Shown piece by piece: positions 1 through 14,863 of a DNA stretch of 64,000 nucleotides (positions are counted from its first letter, which is position 1; each line of letters opens with the position of its first letter). Source of the DNA: Balanoglossus misakiensis (lineage: Eukaryota; Animalia; Hemichordata). The stretch lies in assembly GCA_040954595.2 (NCBI GenBank), contig CM082593.2:3365434-3429433 (forward strand), read 5' to 3'. The position numbers were made by a program, and so were the translations under genes. The notes under the pieces were generated by a model that was not told the DNA's origin, made no database searches, and was given only the letters and a program-made list of their open reading frames with translations.

Positions 1-2832
1 TTCAGCAGTCGGCCTCCTCCCAACGGAAGTCTCGACTTGGAGGAGGACCGCAGAGATATACGATCTGTTCATGCGAATTCAGACGTTGCGTCGGGCCCCC
101 AAGCGACACCATTGGATGATCAGGGATCAGGTGCTGAAGACAGAAAAGCCCGCGGTTCTCGCAAATCTGAAGAGTGTTCAAAAACGCACGGGCGATCTCG
201 AGCTCCACTCGCTATTTGTAGCTACAAGGATAATGCTATATTTTCTAAGCGAAAATTTCCGGCAACAATGTTCTTTTTGATAAAATCAATTATTAATCTT
301 TTCTCAAGACTACAACACGAGGCATATAGTCTGTATCTCCGTCTGTAAGAGCGGACTTAAATTGTCAAAAAGTAAACACACACAAACAGCTTGGGAGCAT
401 ACAGGGCGCATGGACAGTGGAACACGAAGAGTTGACAAACAGATAAAAAAATATTAGAAACATGCATCATTGTGACAAATTTTGCCCCATTGCATAGTGC
501 AACCATATTATTGACCCACACACCAATACAATAGCAAGAAATCGTGGTATCTTACCTGTGTGGCGAGTAGCGGCGACTTCAGATGTAGCGTGCGCGGATC
601 GTGTTGGACGGGAAGGTTCTGTAACGAGACTTTGGACAATAATACACGTGTTTGTTTTTAAAAAAACTGTTTTATTGAGTCGGGAAATCTTATTAGGTGG
701 TTCACATGACGTAAAATACGAGCAAAACAAGGGGAACACCCCTTTGGCCGTGGACGGGTGTGTGATGCCAGCAACGTGAATTGAATCCCCGTGTGCCAGA
801 ACGACAACGTCGCGAGAGTGAGTTGTTATGCACGAAACAGCCATATCTATGGGTTCAAAGAATCATCGCGGGACATACTTTCCTGTTTGCTTGTTCATAT
901 CCTTATTTACTGGAAAACGTTGGCAAAGGAATAAAAAAGTGCATGCATGCAACAAGAACAGTGCAATGGGTGCGGTGACATTTCAACACAGCTGTACAGA
1001 TGGCGATGATGCAAAAATGAAACACACACAGACACTCCAAACATGGTAGAACGTGGTGTGTAATGATATCAGCAAACTTCAACACATATGTGAATCTAGA
1101 CCTCCACTCTTTTCGTCTCGTAAGCGAGTTCTCGTTTGGGAAAGGCTGTTTTCTGTTTGTTTTAAAACTGTGTTTATTTTCCGAAGACGTAATCCCCCCC
1201 CCCCTCATCCTGACCACTACAGCGTTTGCCTGATCAGGTAAATTGTTTTCATAGATGGTGAATAACACGTTAAAGCTCCAGGTGCTGCAACTTTTAGAAA
1301 ATTATCACCTTCAACAATCCTGCAGAAAAGAGCACCCACCTCAGTCTGTAAACATCAGTTGATTCCAGTGTCCATGTCCACGCATAGGTCACACCAGAAA
1401 TCCAGCCCATAAACGTTTACTCGCGTTCGTCCGTATTTTGCGAAGTTCCGGGTCTTCTCTTTTTTGTCAAAATGTTATCTGTTTACCTTTAATAAGGCAG
1501 TCTATATGCAAAAAACACCGGTACAAAATGTTATCTTATTTATACGGCAATGCTTGCGTTTGTCTCTCGTGTGGCCGTCCGCTGATAGCGAAGCGATCGC
1601 GGTTCAATCGGCGTTCAATACAGACTCAATTAAAACCCGACGTATATTAAATTAGGCTTGATTCGGTTAGTCTAATCGAGTCCAAGTCATTAATACCCAT
1701 TTAAAATCAATGAACTGTGTTCATGTTCGCTTTATATACAAACACTGCCATGATAGAGTCTAATTCAATTTAGATGTAATTTGATTTCCCCTATTCTCAA
1801 TGGTGTACATTTAATTTCACGGTGAGAGCGGGATTTGGCTTGCATGGTTTTTGTAATGCTGAATGGGACCTTCGCACTAGTTATGCTAAGTACGTGACGC
1901 TAGATTGGAAACTGCAATGTACAGGGTATATACACATCTGGATGTACCCGGAGCCACCGTCAATGTCCACGCTCGATTCACCCCCCCCCCCCCCCCCCTC
2001 TCCCCCATTCGCTGTACAAAACTCAACAAGTTATGTGGCGAAATGCTTTGTTCTCGATTGAAATATTTATCAAGTTAAAACAGCTTAAATGATAAAGCTA
2101 GTTTCAGGCGATGCGTGGACGATGACGTCATAAAATAAGCGATCTGAAGGTCCAAGAGGAGCACAGACAACATTAATGGCGAAGTTTAGTATGATAAAGG
2201 GTTCGACACACTAATCTCAATGGAAAGTGAACACTGTTAGTAATGATTATCACAGTTAATGACTCTATGGGTGCAGTGGGACTTTGGACAACTTACTAGA
2301 GTTAATTAAAGAACTGTCAAGACCTGAATAATTGACAAGGGCTCGTGGCTAAACGACCGAGCGGGGCCGTAAGTGTCCGATCGGCACGCGACATTAGAAA
2401 GGTAATGAAATGGCTCGTCCGTCCGCCGGCATGCAGTTGGCAAACGCAAGGCCTATGGTTCAACTTCACGTCGCCCGAAAAACAGGGCCACTTCTCGGCA
2501 ACAAAAGCAATAGCTAACACAGCGGCGTTTCATTGCCCGTGCATATAAATAATTCATTCCCAGAGATTAACTATGGTTTTGTAAATATGTTTTTGGTTGT
2601 GGGATCGCCCCTCAAGAGCTTCACAGCTACTTGTTGTGGCGTTTTCTTTATAAATACCAGTACAAAAGTACATGTTTGTTTCGAGAGAAATAGCATGGTT
2701 TCATATTGAAATAAACATAAATCATCGAAAGGATTCTTTCTTTCCGTTGAACTGTAAACGAAAAGTAGTGTGAGTGGGCGTTTGATACTTCGAGTGTTAC
2801 AAAACCATCATGTCAAATCGAGGTGTAAACAA

Positions 2833-3147
2833 AGTGAGTGAGTGAGTGAGTGAGTGAGTGAGTGAGTGAGTGAGTGAGTGAGTGAGTGAGTGAGTGAGTG
2901 AGTGAGTGAGTGAGTGAGTGAGTGAGTGAGTGAGTGAGTGAGTGAGTGAGTGAGTGAGTGAGTGAGTGAGTGAGTGAGTGAGTGAGTGAGTGAGTGAGTG
3001 AGTGAGTGAGTGAGTGAGTGAGTGAGTGAGTGAGTGAGTGAGTGAGTGAGTGAGTGAGTGAGTGAGTGAGTGAGTGAATGAATGAATGAATGAATGAATG
3101 AATGAATGAATGAATGAATGAATGAATGAATGAATGAATGAATGAAT
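2833..3147. repeat. Compound tetranucleotide microsatellite: (GAGT)n, about 60 units, followed by (GAAT)n, about 18 units
   Basis: Directly visible; switches from GAGT to GAAT near 3076. Accounts for the spurious HSLT/HSFI ORF at 2808-3158. Confidence 0.98.
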
Positions 3148-5720
3148 GGAGATATCAATTCAGGTCGCTTCTTCGGTTTGTTGACTCAACTTCCGCTCAA
3201 GCCATTCTGTTTCACAGTTCGTGAACAATCTAATCCAAAAGTAAGACTCGCGATGAATTATTTATCTGGGAGGCTAGATCTCTGATCAGCGAATACATGC
3301 CACGCGTCGGCGTTCTCCAGAAATCAGAAATGCACCGAGACGATTTTCAATTTGGAAGTTTGGCCTTTTGAAGTTGCTATTAACTGCTTATTTGCAAATC
3401 ATTTAGTAACGTTTACTAAGGTTCTTGCGGTAAGTGCCTGTACACGATAGTTCAAACCTACATGTACACTGAATGCCTATCCGTGTACGCGCTTATTGCG
3501 TGGTCATCGCACAAAATTAGCCCCGAGAAAAGGCAGACGGGGTTTGTTCCACGTCCGCGGATGAGTTGACGTGACGAATGTGTAATAATTTGACATGTTG
3601 CACCGTTCCGCTTAAAGCAGAAAAACAGAAAAATTGGCATTTGAACAAACTGATTGGTGGATGCGGGTGTGTCAGACATGGAGAGGTTGACTGGAGGGAT
3701 CGGATCTCTCACAGAACGGCGCATAGTCGTGACCCCCCCCCCCCCCAAAAAAAGCAGTAATTTTCCCGAGTGTAATTTTCAAGTGAAGATTACATTTGAC
3801 GCTATAGGACTCTCTGTTGGTTATAGGCGTCTCCATAAGGCGAGGAAATCGATTATTTGTGGTGATAAAGACGATGCATAATTAAAATCTTATTAGGCGT
3901 ATTAAGTACAGCCGATGCTAAATGACGGAGAGGGAATTCCATTGTAGGCTTGTAAGATGGTAGATGTGTTCCCAGACACTTGGTTGATGAGGATTTATGG
4001 GGTGAAGTTTGAAAGATGGGCGATCCGAGATTGATATGCAGACGAGGTTGTAATTAATGATACACAGGTGGAACAGCAAGAATAACAAGGAAGATATTAA
4101 AACTGACACGAGAGTGAGCCCGTAGGTCACTATATTGTTAATTCATAGCTTGTGGAACATAGCAATGCCGTGTCAAACAATTTGATATATTGAGACATAA
4201 ATACGAATATGCATGCATGCGTGCATACCGACCTATATACCTACATACATATCGATACGGATATGCATGCTAATAATAAGAGAAAAGAGACAATGTTTGT
4301 TTATTGTGTGATGAATTTTGTTAATGTTTGCTTTGTTTTCTTTGCCATGTGTACCTCTGTTGCTTACTTCATTTACATATAAGCGTGACCAGGTGTTTGA
4401 ATTGATTCGTTTCGCTCACGCATTGCCGGAGTTGGTAATTTGCCTGTCTGCCGTGGTGCCTACGTTGGTATGAAAATTGTGACTGCAGTGGGAACTTTGT
4501 GAAGCTCGGTGGTCGTCGAGAAGCCGTGATTGATGTTTTTCAAGTCCGCTGTGTGAATTTGGAGCCGTCCCGAGAGTGGGCGTTTCCATGTCGCGGGTAC
4601 TACGCTGCGTGGACTACACGGCGGATCTGCATTTGAGGTAATACACGTGGCTGCTACGTTCTTTTGTACACTTGCGTTGAACGGACAGAAATGCCAGTGC
4701 CATATTCTTGGCTCGGACGGCCAGCGGGTCGTAACAAATGGCATGATAAATGGTGAAGGAAGGCAAATATCTCTATAATATAGGGCGAAGAACAAGTCTT
4801 GCGTAGCGTGCAGTCACTTTGCAGATTTCCTCCCCGAATTAGCTTGCAAAGAGTACATCACGCAAACAAAGACGGAAACGCGCTAAAATGTGACTTCAGA
4901 GCCCGTTTCCCAAAACAAATCTTGGGTTTCACCTTTGTCAGGTACTTCTCAGACCAGACCAAAGGGAGCACTTCCTCCTTGTTTGTAGTATGTATGTATG
5001 CTTGTTCGCTGCCATTGTGCTTTCGACTGCTAATTGAACTTAATAAACGGCTAAATGTGCAGTGAAGGTTATTGTCATGCAAGTTGATGTCGCCGAGTGT
5101 AATTAGTGGTGATGTATGTGCTGCATCGCGTATAAAGAAAAGTGTCTGTTTTATGTGTTTATGTCACATCGTTAAGGGCAGCCAAGCGACAAAAAGGAAA
5201 TGGAAAATGGCGACTTTTTGACGACGTTGTGTCTTTCGATAATGCCCCGTGGCATCAATCTTGGAATCCGAGCGGACGTCACAGCCACGTCGGAGAATGT
5301 AATGAGTTCGTTCCATCGAGGAGTCGTGCATCATGCACAAACTGCGATCTCGCAGTGTTAATTACTTTAAATACCCGTCAAAATGTACAGTAGATGGAAA
5401 TGTCGACTGGGATGTCGTCTACGCGCAACTAAACAATTATGAGCGGGTAAACTAATCCTTGATTGATTGACTGACTACTTTGCCCGTGAACTTGATAAGG
5501 CGTATTGCGTGTAAGGATGACTTTAATACTTGGATGTGATAATTTATGGCAGATGACACCCCCGACTATTTCCATCTCCGATTCAGTCATCGTGTCACTA
5601 CAAATAACAGATGGAGTCAATTTAGATGTTTTATTATTTGCTCTCTTCTCTTAATAGGCCAGTCAAACAAGGTTCCAACGACAAGAGATTAAAGCGTCCC
5701 ACGTTTATTTCAGCGCCGGA

Positions 5721-7517
<1,797 letters not shown>

Positions 7518-7588
7518 GATACAATCCTTCCAAACACTCCTTTTGGTTTGTTGCTTGTCTTTCCCAATCAGTACAACAGTTGAATGAG

Positions 7589-7596
7589 TTTATAAA
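7589..7596 (-). promoter_or_regulatory. Candidate TATA box of the protease gene
   Basis: TTTATAAA about 70 bp upstream of the ATG at 7517. Confidence 0.45.
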
Positions 7597-8130
7597 CCGC
7601 AACCAACGTCACACGTATTAATTTAAAACAAGTTATCGCTCTGAAACCAAATGTTTCGGCTTATTGAATTTCACACGCGTTCATAATATGGATTTGACAA
7701 AATTAATGCAGACAGCAAATATTTTTTTTTTTTTGACAATGTGTTACCAAATATGCCATATATACGATTTGATAAAGACCACAAATATTGGAGGAATACG
7801 CAAAGGTACAGCTGTAATTTAACTTTTTATTGTTTTCAAGTCTTCATTTAAACTGGTTCTCTAAATTAATAACAAAATGCAATGGCGCGTGATAAAATGG
7901 GAATTCGTAAAACCGGCTAGGTGATTAGGAAGTCTTAAAACGTTATCTGACCTCTGTTTTCTCCATGGGACGTAATTATTATCTTGCCAACAACGCCGAG
8001 ACAATCGAGGAGATAATTGACACATTTTACAGATAAAACAAATCGAGTGACAGACTGATAGATAGATCGACGGTTCAAGAAACCTTGTCGCATGAAACGG
8101 AGGCATTGTGTACCGCAATCTGATTAAAAT

Positions 8131-8289
8131 CAGATGTAGAGTTGGGCGCCTTCTTTACCTAATTTGCTAATTCTTGGCTGTTCTGTTCGGAAGGGGCCAA
8201 CACTTGTACACCGAGGACAGCCAAGACAGAGAACAGAACAGCCAAAACGATCACCAAAGCTAAAGACATAGCCTATAACTCTACATCTG
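8131..8289. mobile_element. Small fold-back / MITE-like element
   Basis: 13-bp terminal inverted repeats CAGATGTAGAGTT (8131-8143) and AACTCTACATCTG (8277-8289), plus an inner 15-bp inverted pair (8174-8188 and 8231-8245). No clear target-site duplication (TSD). Confidence 0.55.
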
Positions 8290-9665
8290 GTTTCTACATT
8301 TTTGGCTAGGTATAATCACACACAAAAATCCCACACATTTTATTTACATCTCCACTACTCTCTACCAAACGAGACCATTGCCTTGACTACCGATACTTAA
8401 AGAATGACCCTATAAAGCACACACAAATCGCCATACACACAGGAAAGTCATCGACCTTCAATTATTTCAAAAGACATTCTTCTCCTTTAAATTATGGCAA
8501 TGCCTACTGGGACTTTAATTATCACAACTTGTGAAAATCGTCAGCTGCAGAGGGATGGAAGTTAATTAAATTTGTTATCAGGCAATTATCTGAAATTAAA
8601 GAATTTATCCAGCGAGATTTTTATCTGGCGACAAAATGCCATGAATGATAAGTAAACTCAGGTCAATGCGTACACAATGTTGATAGAATTTACTTAAAGT
8701 GGCTCTCCAGTTATCAGTGACGTGTAGCACCGATCGGTTTTGTTGGAAGGGATAACGCTATAATGATAAGTCCATTTCCTTTGCAGTTTTCACTATGAGA
8801 TGTCAAACTGATAAATTCCCCCATTAAATTATTTCAGAATTACTATCTAGTCGGTTTGATCTGACGAGTTATGTGCAACACTGTGAAGATTTGATACATA
8901 TTATCTTGGCCATCGAGGCAACTAACTTCACTTCAAATATAATAGGCACTAACGTTTTGAGAATCTTGAATATTGGCATTATAAATTTAAAGGTATCATA
9001 ATTTTTTTAAAGCTTCTGACATATGCACGTCCCCCCACAAGAAAACCGGCAATACCAATTATACGCATTATGGTAGCCAGGCAATAGGCAATACATTAAG
9101 CAGACATTTTCTAAGAAACCTCTTCAGAGGTGAATCCATTTTGTGACCAATGCTTATGAAACAAGTCACTGTCGATGACACAGTCCCCGCTGATTAACAG
9201 GTTAAGAGAACACTGGGGGAAATCATTATCGAATGAAATAAGCCAAGGAATATTCAGCTTGACAGATGACAAAAAAACAGCTATATAGTCGGCTAAAGTT
9301 GTAGCCTTGTGTTTCACTCGTTTTATTGCAGATTTTGACAAAACTTCAAAAGAGAATAAAAAAATCTACAATGCAAAGAAATGGTAATATAGTGTACTTA
9401 TATCATACCACTGAATCATACATTCTTAAGCTGTAGCTGGCTAGTCTACCTGAATGTATCATTGGATTTAGAGGCATGTCATCAATGCATGCTGTATCAT
9501 GATACCAGCTTGAGGTACGTTCATACATGCTATCCACGGTGACAGCTGACATTTGTTTAGAAAACAAAAAGCGCTTCAAAGTTTTCATTTCAATACCCCC
9601 ATACTTGATGTTTACTCCGCAACATACCGGTCCATGTCCATAACGCAACATTTAAATTCACAACA

Positions 9666-12600
9666 CTAGACAGATTCCAGCAACTTTTCATAATCCGGGG
9701 TACAGACAAGCCTGTGCCTGACGTGTCCGAGTACTGCCAAGTCTCCCCACGTTTTTCCGTCCTCTATCCTCACTGACACCAAATCCTGGAAAAGTAAGAC
9801 ACAAAAAACATGAATTAATATCTCAATACTGAGGATTAACACTCTTTTTCCATAGGAAACCCACATCACAAAAAGACCAACCCCTCCACAGGTAAACAAA
9901 CATTAAATAAGGAAAAATCCATGTCATCCAAATACCTGTAAAAATCCACACGGTGTGCCCATATTAACATCCAATGCCACATTTCCAAGTAGAAGTCTTG
10001 TTTTCCCGGATTTCAGAACCTGCAGTTTTCCTACGTATCCCTCGGATATATCGTTTAACGTACAAGCATTGTTTGATTTCTCCTTTTTTATTTCCTGAGA
10101 AATACAAAACAAAAATACATTAAAGGTTGACTTTCACAATCATATAACAATCATTTTTGCAATAATGGTACAAAAAATTATTGGAGAGGGGAGGAATTTT
10201 AATTTACTCTTTTTTTCTATTTTTATGAGGGCACTTACAGTGTCTGGACTTTCCTTTTTGATTTTTACACCCCCTGCTTCTTTCTTCACGGGTGGGTCGT
10301 TATCCTGTGAGGAGGAGGGTGTAGCGGGGAGTGTGTCCGGTAACTGGAAGAACAGAAGCTGGCCGTCTGACACGTGCTTACTGCGGCAGAACAGCGACGC
10401 AGCTGTGATCTGCCTGGGCTCTTTCTTCGCTGATTTTCCACTCTTGCCCGGGAGCAGTCCAGGGTCGACTTGTTTCACCTCCGCATCGCTCGTTTTCTCA
10501 GCACAGTTTTCCTCGTCGCCGATATCCTTCATTTCAACGTCACTCGTACACGGTTCCTTCTTCACTGAAATACGATTATAATTACAAGTGAGAGTGGATC
10601 ACAAAACTTTATTCCAGTAATTCTGCTACATTACATAGCTAAAATAGGTAGAGTATCTTGTGTATTGAAATATGCAATCTCAGAGAATTTGGTGGGGCTA
10701 AAAACTGTTTGGATTAGCAATAGATATTGTTGTTCACAGGAAATCAATAAAATTGTATTATTGATTGTTGCCAAATTTAGTCTCCCGGACAACCGCTGCA
10801 GAACTATTTTAATCTTTCCGTAACTGCCATAATTAGCATACTTCACAATGCCACAAGGAAGCCACCTCAGCAATCCAGACAATGCAAATTTACCAGCTCA
10901 AGGAAAGCAATCAGGACCAGTTTGTTTACCAAAACCACCAAAAAAATGTCTCTGGCTATTTTAAAACCAGGATAGTATTATGCCCCTTTGAAAAATGACA
11001 ACAACAGGAACTTTTTTTCACGATCGGATCTTCAGAGATGACAGAACATACGAAACTATATGTCATCTGTTTTTAAGCTTGATGTGCATCAACCTAGTCA
11101 ATTTTGTAAACAAAGCTTGTTGCATAAGCTGTTTTTTTCAGAACACGCAGTTTCAGTCACAATAAGTATCTCCTTATTGGGGGTGAGGAACAGTAAACAT
11201 TTGAGAATAACAGTTTAATTTTAGTTGATTGCTGACCTGCAATATCAAAATAGTACAATGCACATCAATTAAAATGTTTGTCCAGTTGTTGATGGAGTTT
11301 TTTTTTTATCAAAACAGGTTATGTAAGGACTTGTTTGTCCAGTTGTTGATGGAGGTTTTTTTATCAAAACAGGTTATCTAAGGACTGGGGTGTCCCCATT
11401 TTTTACCAGGTTGTTCTTTACACTGGGCTCAGGTCTGGCCAGGACCACGTAAACCATTCACACATAATCAGACGTATCAAAAGTGTTTCAAACGCATGTG
11501 TGTGAACTCTATAATAGATCATCAGATTGCTCGGGTTCTGATATTTGATCATAAACATGTGATGTTAGTAGAAACTAAGATGTGTTGTTTAGGTGTCTGT
11601 TTTCTGTCATAACGCTAAATTTATTTTTCAAATCTTTATAAACTGTCAAGTCACTTTCTTTTCAAAATCACAACTGGATTGAAGGGACATATTTGGCAGA
11701 GATAAAATGCTTTCAAATCCCACTGTGCTCATTTGTACATCTATGTTGTCACTACCAAGGACGCCGAAAAAAGTGCTTGGCTTTGAGATATCTCCTGTTC
11801 TCTTGCACAGTCGGCAAACAAAACTGTCAGTTTTCACTTTCCTTAATTGTGCAAAAATCAAGGCCCTTAGTAACGACCGCGTCATTATTTTTAACCTTCA
11901 GTTTAGCTTCAGTTGCACCGTCGTTAGGGAAACCATCTTTGCAGACCCGAAGAGACGGAACAACACTGGCAATGGGGAAAGTATCTATCACATTTTTCCC
12001 CTGAAAACAATCAAGTGAATAACTCTGGCTATTTTAATTCCAGCGCTGTATCATGACATGTCGACCAGTAAACAGGAACTTTGCACTGTAAGATTTTTTC
12101 ATCCAGAACTTGACAGACCAAATTGTTTGTCATTCATTTTGATTGACACTGACAAGGTTAACATGCAAATAACCGGTATTCATAAGACTTGTTATTTCTG
12201 AAAGTCGCTATTTTTATACACAATTCATGCTATTTTGTTTTTGTGGAAGGGGATCGTACAGGTATTCCTTTCTCTACCATCTTCCTGACAAGTTTTGCAG
12301 TATATTTACGTAAACAATGACAATGGTCTCTGACTATATGCTTACTCCTATCTTCTATAACTCACCTTGTATTTCATCAATATCCATTTTTGTCTCTTTC
12401 ACCAACGGTTCCATTTCATCTGGGCTTTCCTCTTTGAAAAACTGACCCGTATTTGACAACGGCAGCTGAATAGGCGTATAGTTTTTGTCCTGAGACTTCA
12501 CCTCTCCATCATCAATGAACTGTAAAAGACAACAGCATGATAATTCTCGACTACAGTGTGTGCAGGAATTATTTAAGAAGTTTCATTGATTGTGTTTAAT

Positions 12601-14125
12601 TAGCCATTTTGAGTTTTATGAAAATTCATATGCTCGCCAATGTAAACTTACATTGTATCTACAGTTACTATGGCAAATTGAGATCAAGCCAATCACAGAT
12701 TTTCAGTTGGTGGCACCACTATATCTTCTTTAGAACGCTCAATTCGGCATTAAAGCATATATATTCAGACTCCTCAATAAAACGTTTACAAAAATATCAG
12801 CCATGGTCTGTTTTTAACAGCGCCCTCACTGCTGCTGATGGCCGATTCATGCAGTCAGTTCAAATATCGAGAATCACCACTGGTGGCAGTATTCCAATTC
12901 GTTCATGTACTGGGGATATTCGCATTGAGGGCAGTTACGAGATAATGAATTCAGAGAAGACAATGAGATGATGATGGCTACAAAATACTATAAGTACACA
13001 TGACGATATAGACACTGTTCAAAAGTGGGACACTATGCAAATTGGGAATGAATTTTGACCTTACGTCATCTCTCAGAAGTTTGTCCATGACTGCCTGATC
13101 AGCATCTCGTGACATTTTCTTGACTTGAACTCCAGAGGACGCTGATCTGCTGTACCCAGAACCTGACGAACGTGCTCCCATATCATCAACACAGCTGCCA
13201 CTCCCTTTGAAACAAAAATCATTGTTTATTACTGTCCAAATAATAGTACACCTATTCTCTGCTTAATCCAAAAAGAAGAGCATAGGTTTAAAGTTCAAAG
13301 GTTAAAGGTCTTACCTCTTCTGCCACCCAGCCTCTCAGCTGGTCCTTGTTCAAATATAGAATGTGACTGGATGACTTCACCTCTGCCCCTGCCCCTTCCT
13401 CTCCCTCTACCCCTCTCTCCTCTCGGTAGACGGGCTTTTCTGACGTTGGGAGTAAACGCACTCGAATCATCTCTTTTTCTGTTAAAACAAAGGAAAAGTT
13501 ATGTTACAAATAAATGAGTCTCTTATGCTTGCACCATTCCTTGCACAATGCTGATTGCTAATAAGGATAGGAACAGTCATGGTTTCTTTAAGGGACGGGG
13601 ATAGGGGTGCAACACTTCGGCCAAAGGGGGTGATGTGTGTGCTATTGGGTATTCAACATGCTCTGTGTGCTACCCGTAAATTTTTAGAATGGTATACGGT
13701 TGTCTTGTGGGATAATTCAACAGATAACAAAGATCCTACTTACTCTTCTTTTATTCTCTCTTTTCTCACCGGTATGTTGGGAGTAAATGTTTTCTGTAAA
13801 ATAAAACACGTGAAAATAAGTAAAGCCAACCAACTCTGGAGGAAAAATACAGTTCAGCTTGGTTTGTTGTTTTGTTTTTGCCTATAGATATAACTAGTAA
13901 TTTGGCCAGAAAGCAGACTACTGACAAACAGTTATGCACAACATTGTCAGTACTTTACACCCATACCTTAGGAACACCACCAAGGGTGAGATCTCTCTGT
14001 CCTTTCAGTGAAGGGAGTCTTGCACTGTGACCAGAAGTTGACCCACGCCTGGGCACTAACCCTCGTGGTACAGCTGACCCTGATGCCGTGCTTGGCATTG
14101 GTGTCTTCTGTTGTTCATGAGACAT
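9666..14125 (-). CDS. POLR3D: DNA-directed RNA polymerase III subunit RPC4
   Basis: Exons about 14125-13967 (RLPSLKGQRDLTLGGVPK), 13793-13744 (KTFTPNIP), 13478-13315 (RGRGRGRGEVIQSHSIFEQGPAE), 13205-13064, 12519-12366 (FIDD..PIQLPL), 10564-10239 (LLFFQLPDTLP), 10094-9936 (EGYVGKLQVLKSGK..GFLQ), 9785-9666 (DLVSV..LGHVRHRLVCTPDYEKLL). These are characteristic RPC4 motifs. Confidence 0.95.
11275..11385. repeat. Two-copy tandem repeat of about 55 bp in a POLR3D intron
   Basis: TGTTTGTCCAGTTGTTGATGGAG(T)nATCAAAACAGGTTAT.TAAGGACT occurs twice back to back. Confidence 0.9.
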
Positions 14126-14863
14126 GGCTTTACACAACCCTGCTGAATGACTGTGGTAGCTTGCTCTGTATACAGTAATATGCACTGCTCTGTAATATAA
14201 GGTCGGTGGTAGATAGTTTCAACTGGCATTCAAACTGTGTACAGTACATTTCATCATGCCTTTGACATAATACAACCATTCTACTGTACTGTCTATTACA
14301 ACAGTGAACAGGCATGTTCGTTGAATCCCGTAATTTAACGATCGCAAAATTAAACGTTACCTGATCCATGGACGTACAACTGGACAGTCCTATAGAGTAC
14401 CTAAATATAAAAGTATTATGCCAAATCTTACCTTTAGCTGCCAATATTACCTCATTTCGGACAGCATGTGTGTTTCTCTAATGCCCAGCTACTATGACCT
14501 GCGATGACCTAGGTCAGCGAACTGTTGAGGTCATTGAGCATGTGCAGAATTGTCGCGCATTTATATGATGTGGCTGTTGGTGCTGTTTTTAATTTATTTT
14601 ATCCCTTTTAGTGTACTATTAAACATGTAACCCATTTCCCTGATATAATTAATTCAAAATATAGCAATTTACTATATATCTTTCAAACAGAAATGGAATA
14701 AGTGTTCGTGGATGTGCACTTTATTAATTGTTGGCGAGAGGGTACAAGCTTAAGATAGGTGTTGCAAGGCAACCGGAGGGAAATTGGAAAACTGTAGATG
14801 TTGGTTGTTTTGAGAGAATTCCTGTATTTTCAGGCAAAAAGTTGATATCGGAGAGAATTTTCA
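14126..14863. promoter_or_regulatory. Probable bidirectional promoter and 5' UTR region between POLR3D and PRIMPOL
   Basis: Divergent ATGs about 740 bp apart. A minus-strand donor near 14360 and a plus-strand acceptor at 14833 suggest non-coding first exons. Confidence 0.7.

Noticed and set aside
1-348. GC-rich stretch with open frames on both strands at the window start
   Set aside because: May be an exon of a gene outside the window, but no recognisable motif, frame or strand could be established.
1657-1686. Imperfect hairpin CTTGATTCGGTTAG/CTAATCGAGTCCAAG
   Set aside because: Several mismatches, no TSD and no second copy seen.
2808-3158. 116-aa HSLT/HSFI repeat ORF
   Set aside because: Translation of a microsatellite.
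8159-8269. Hydrophobic ORF as the main first exon of the protease
   Set aside because: An in-frame TAG precedes the strong donor and the phase is wrong; the ATG at 7517 with a TATA box and a phase-1 donor fits better.
11646-12018. Overlapping 79-103 aa ORFs in a POLR3D intron as a nested gene
   Set aside because: No recognisable domain or consistent exon structure.
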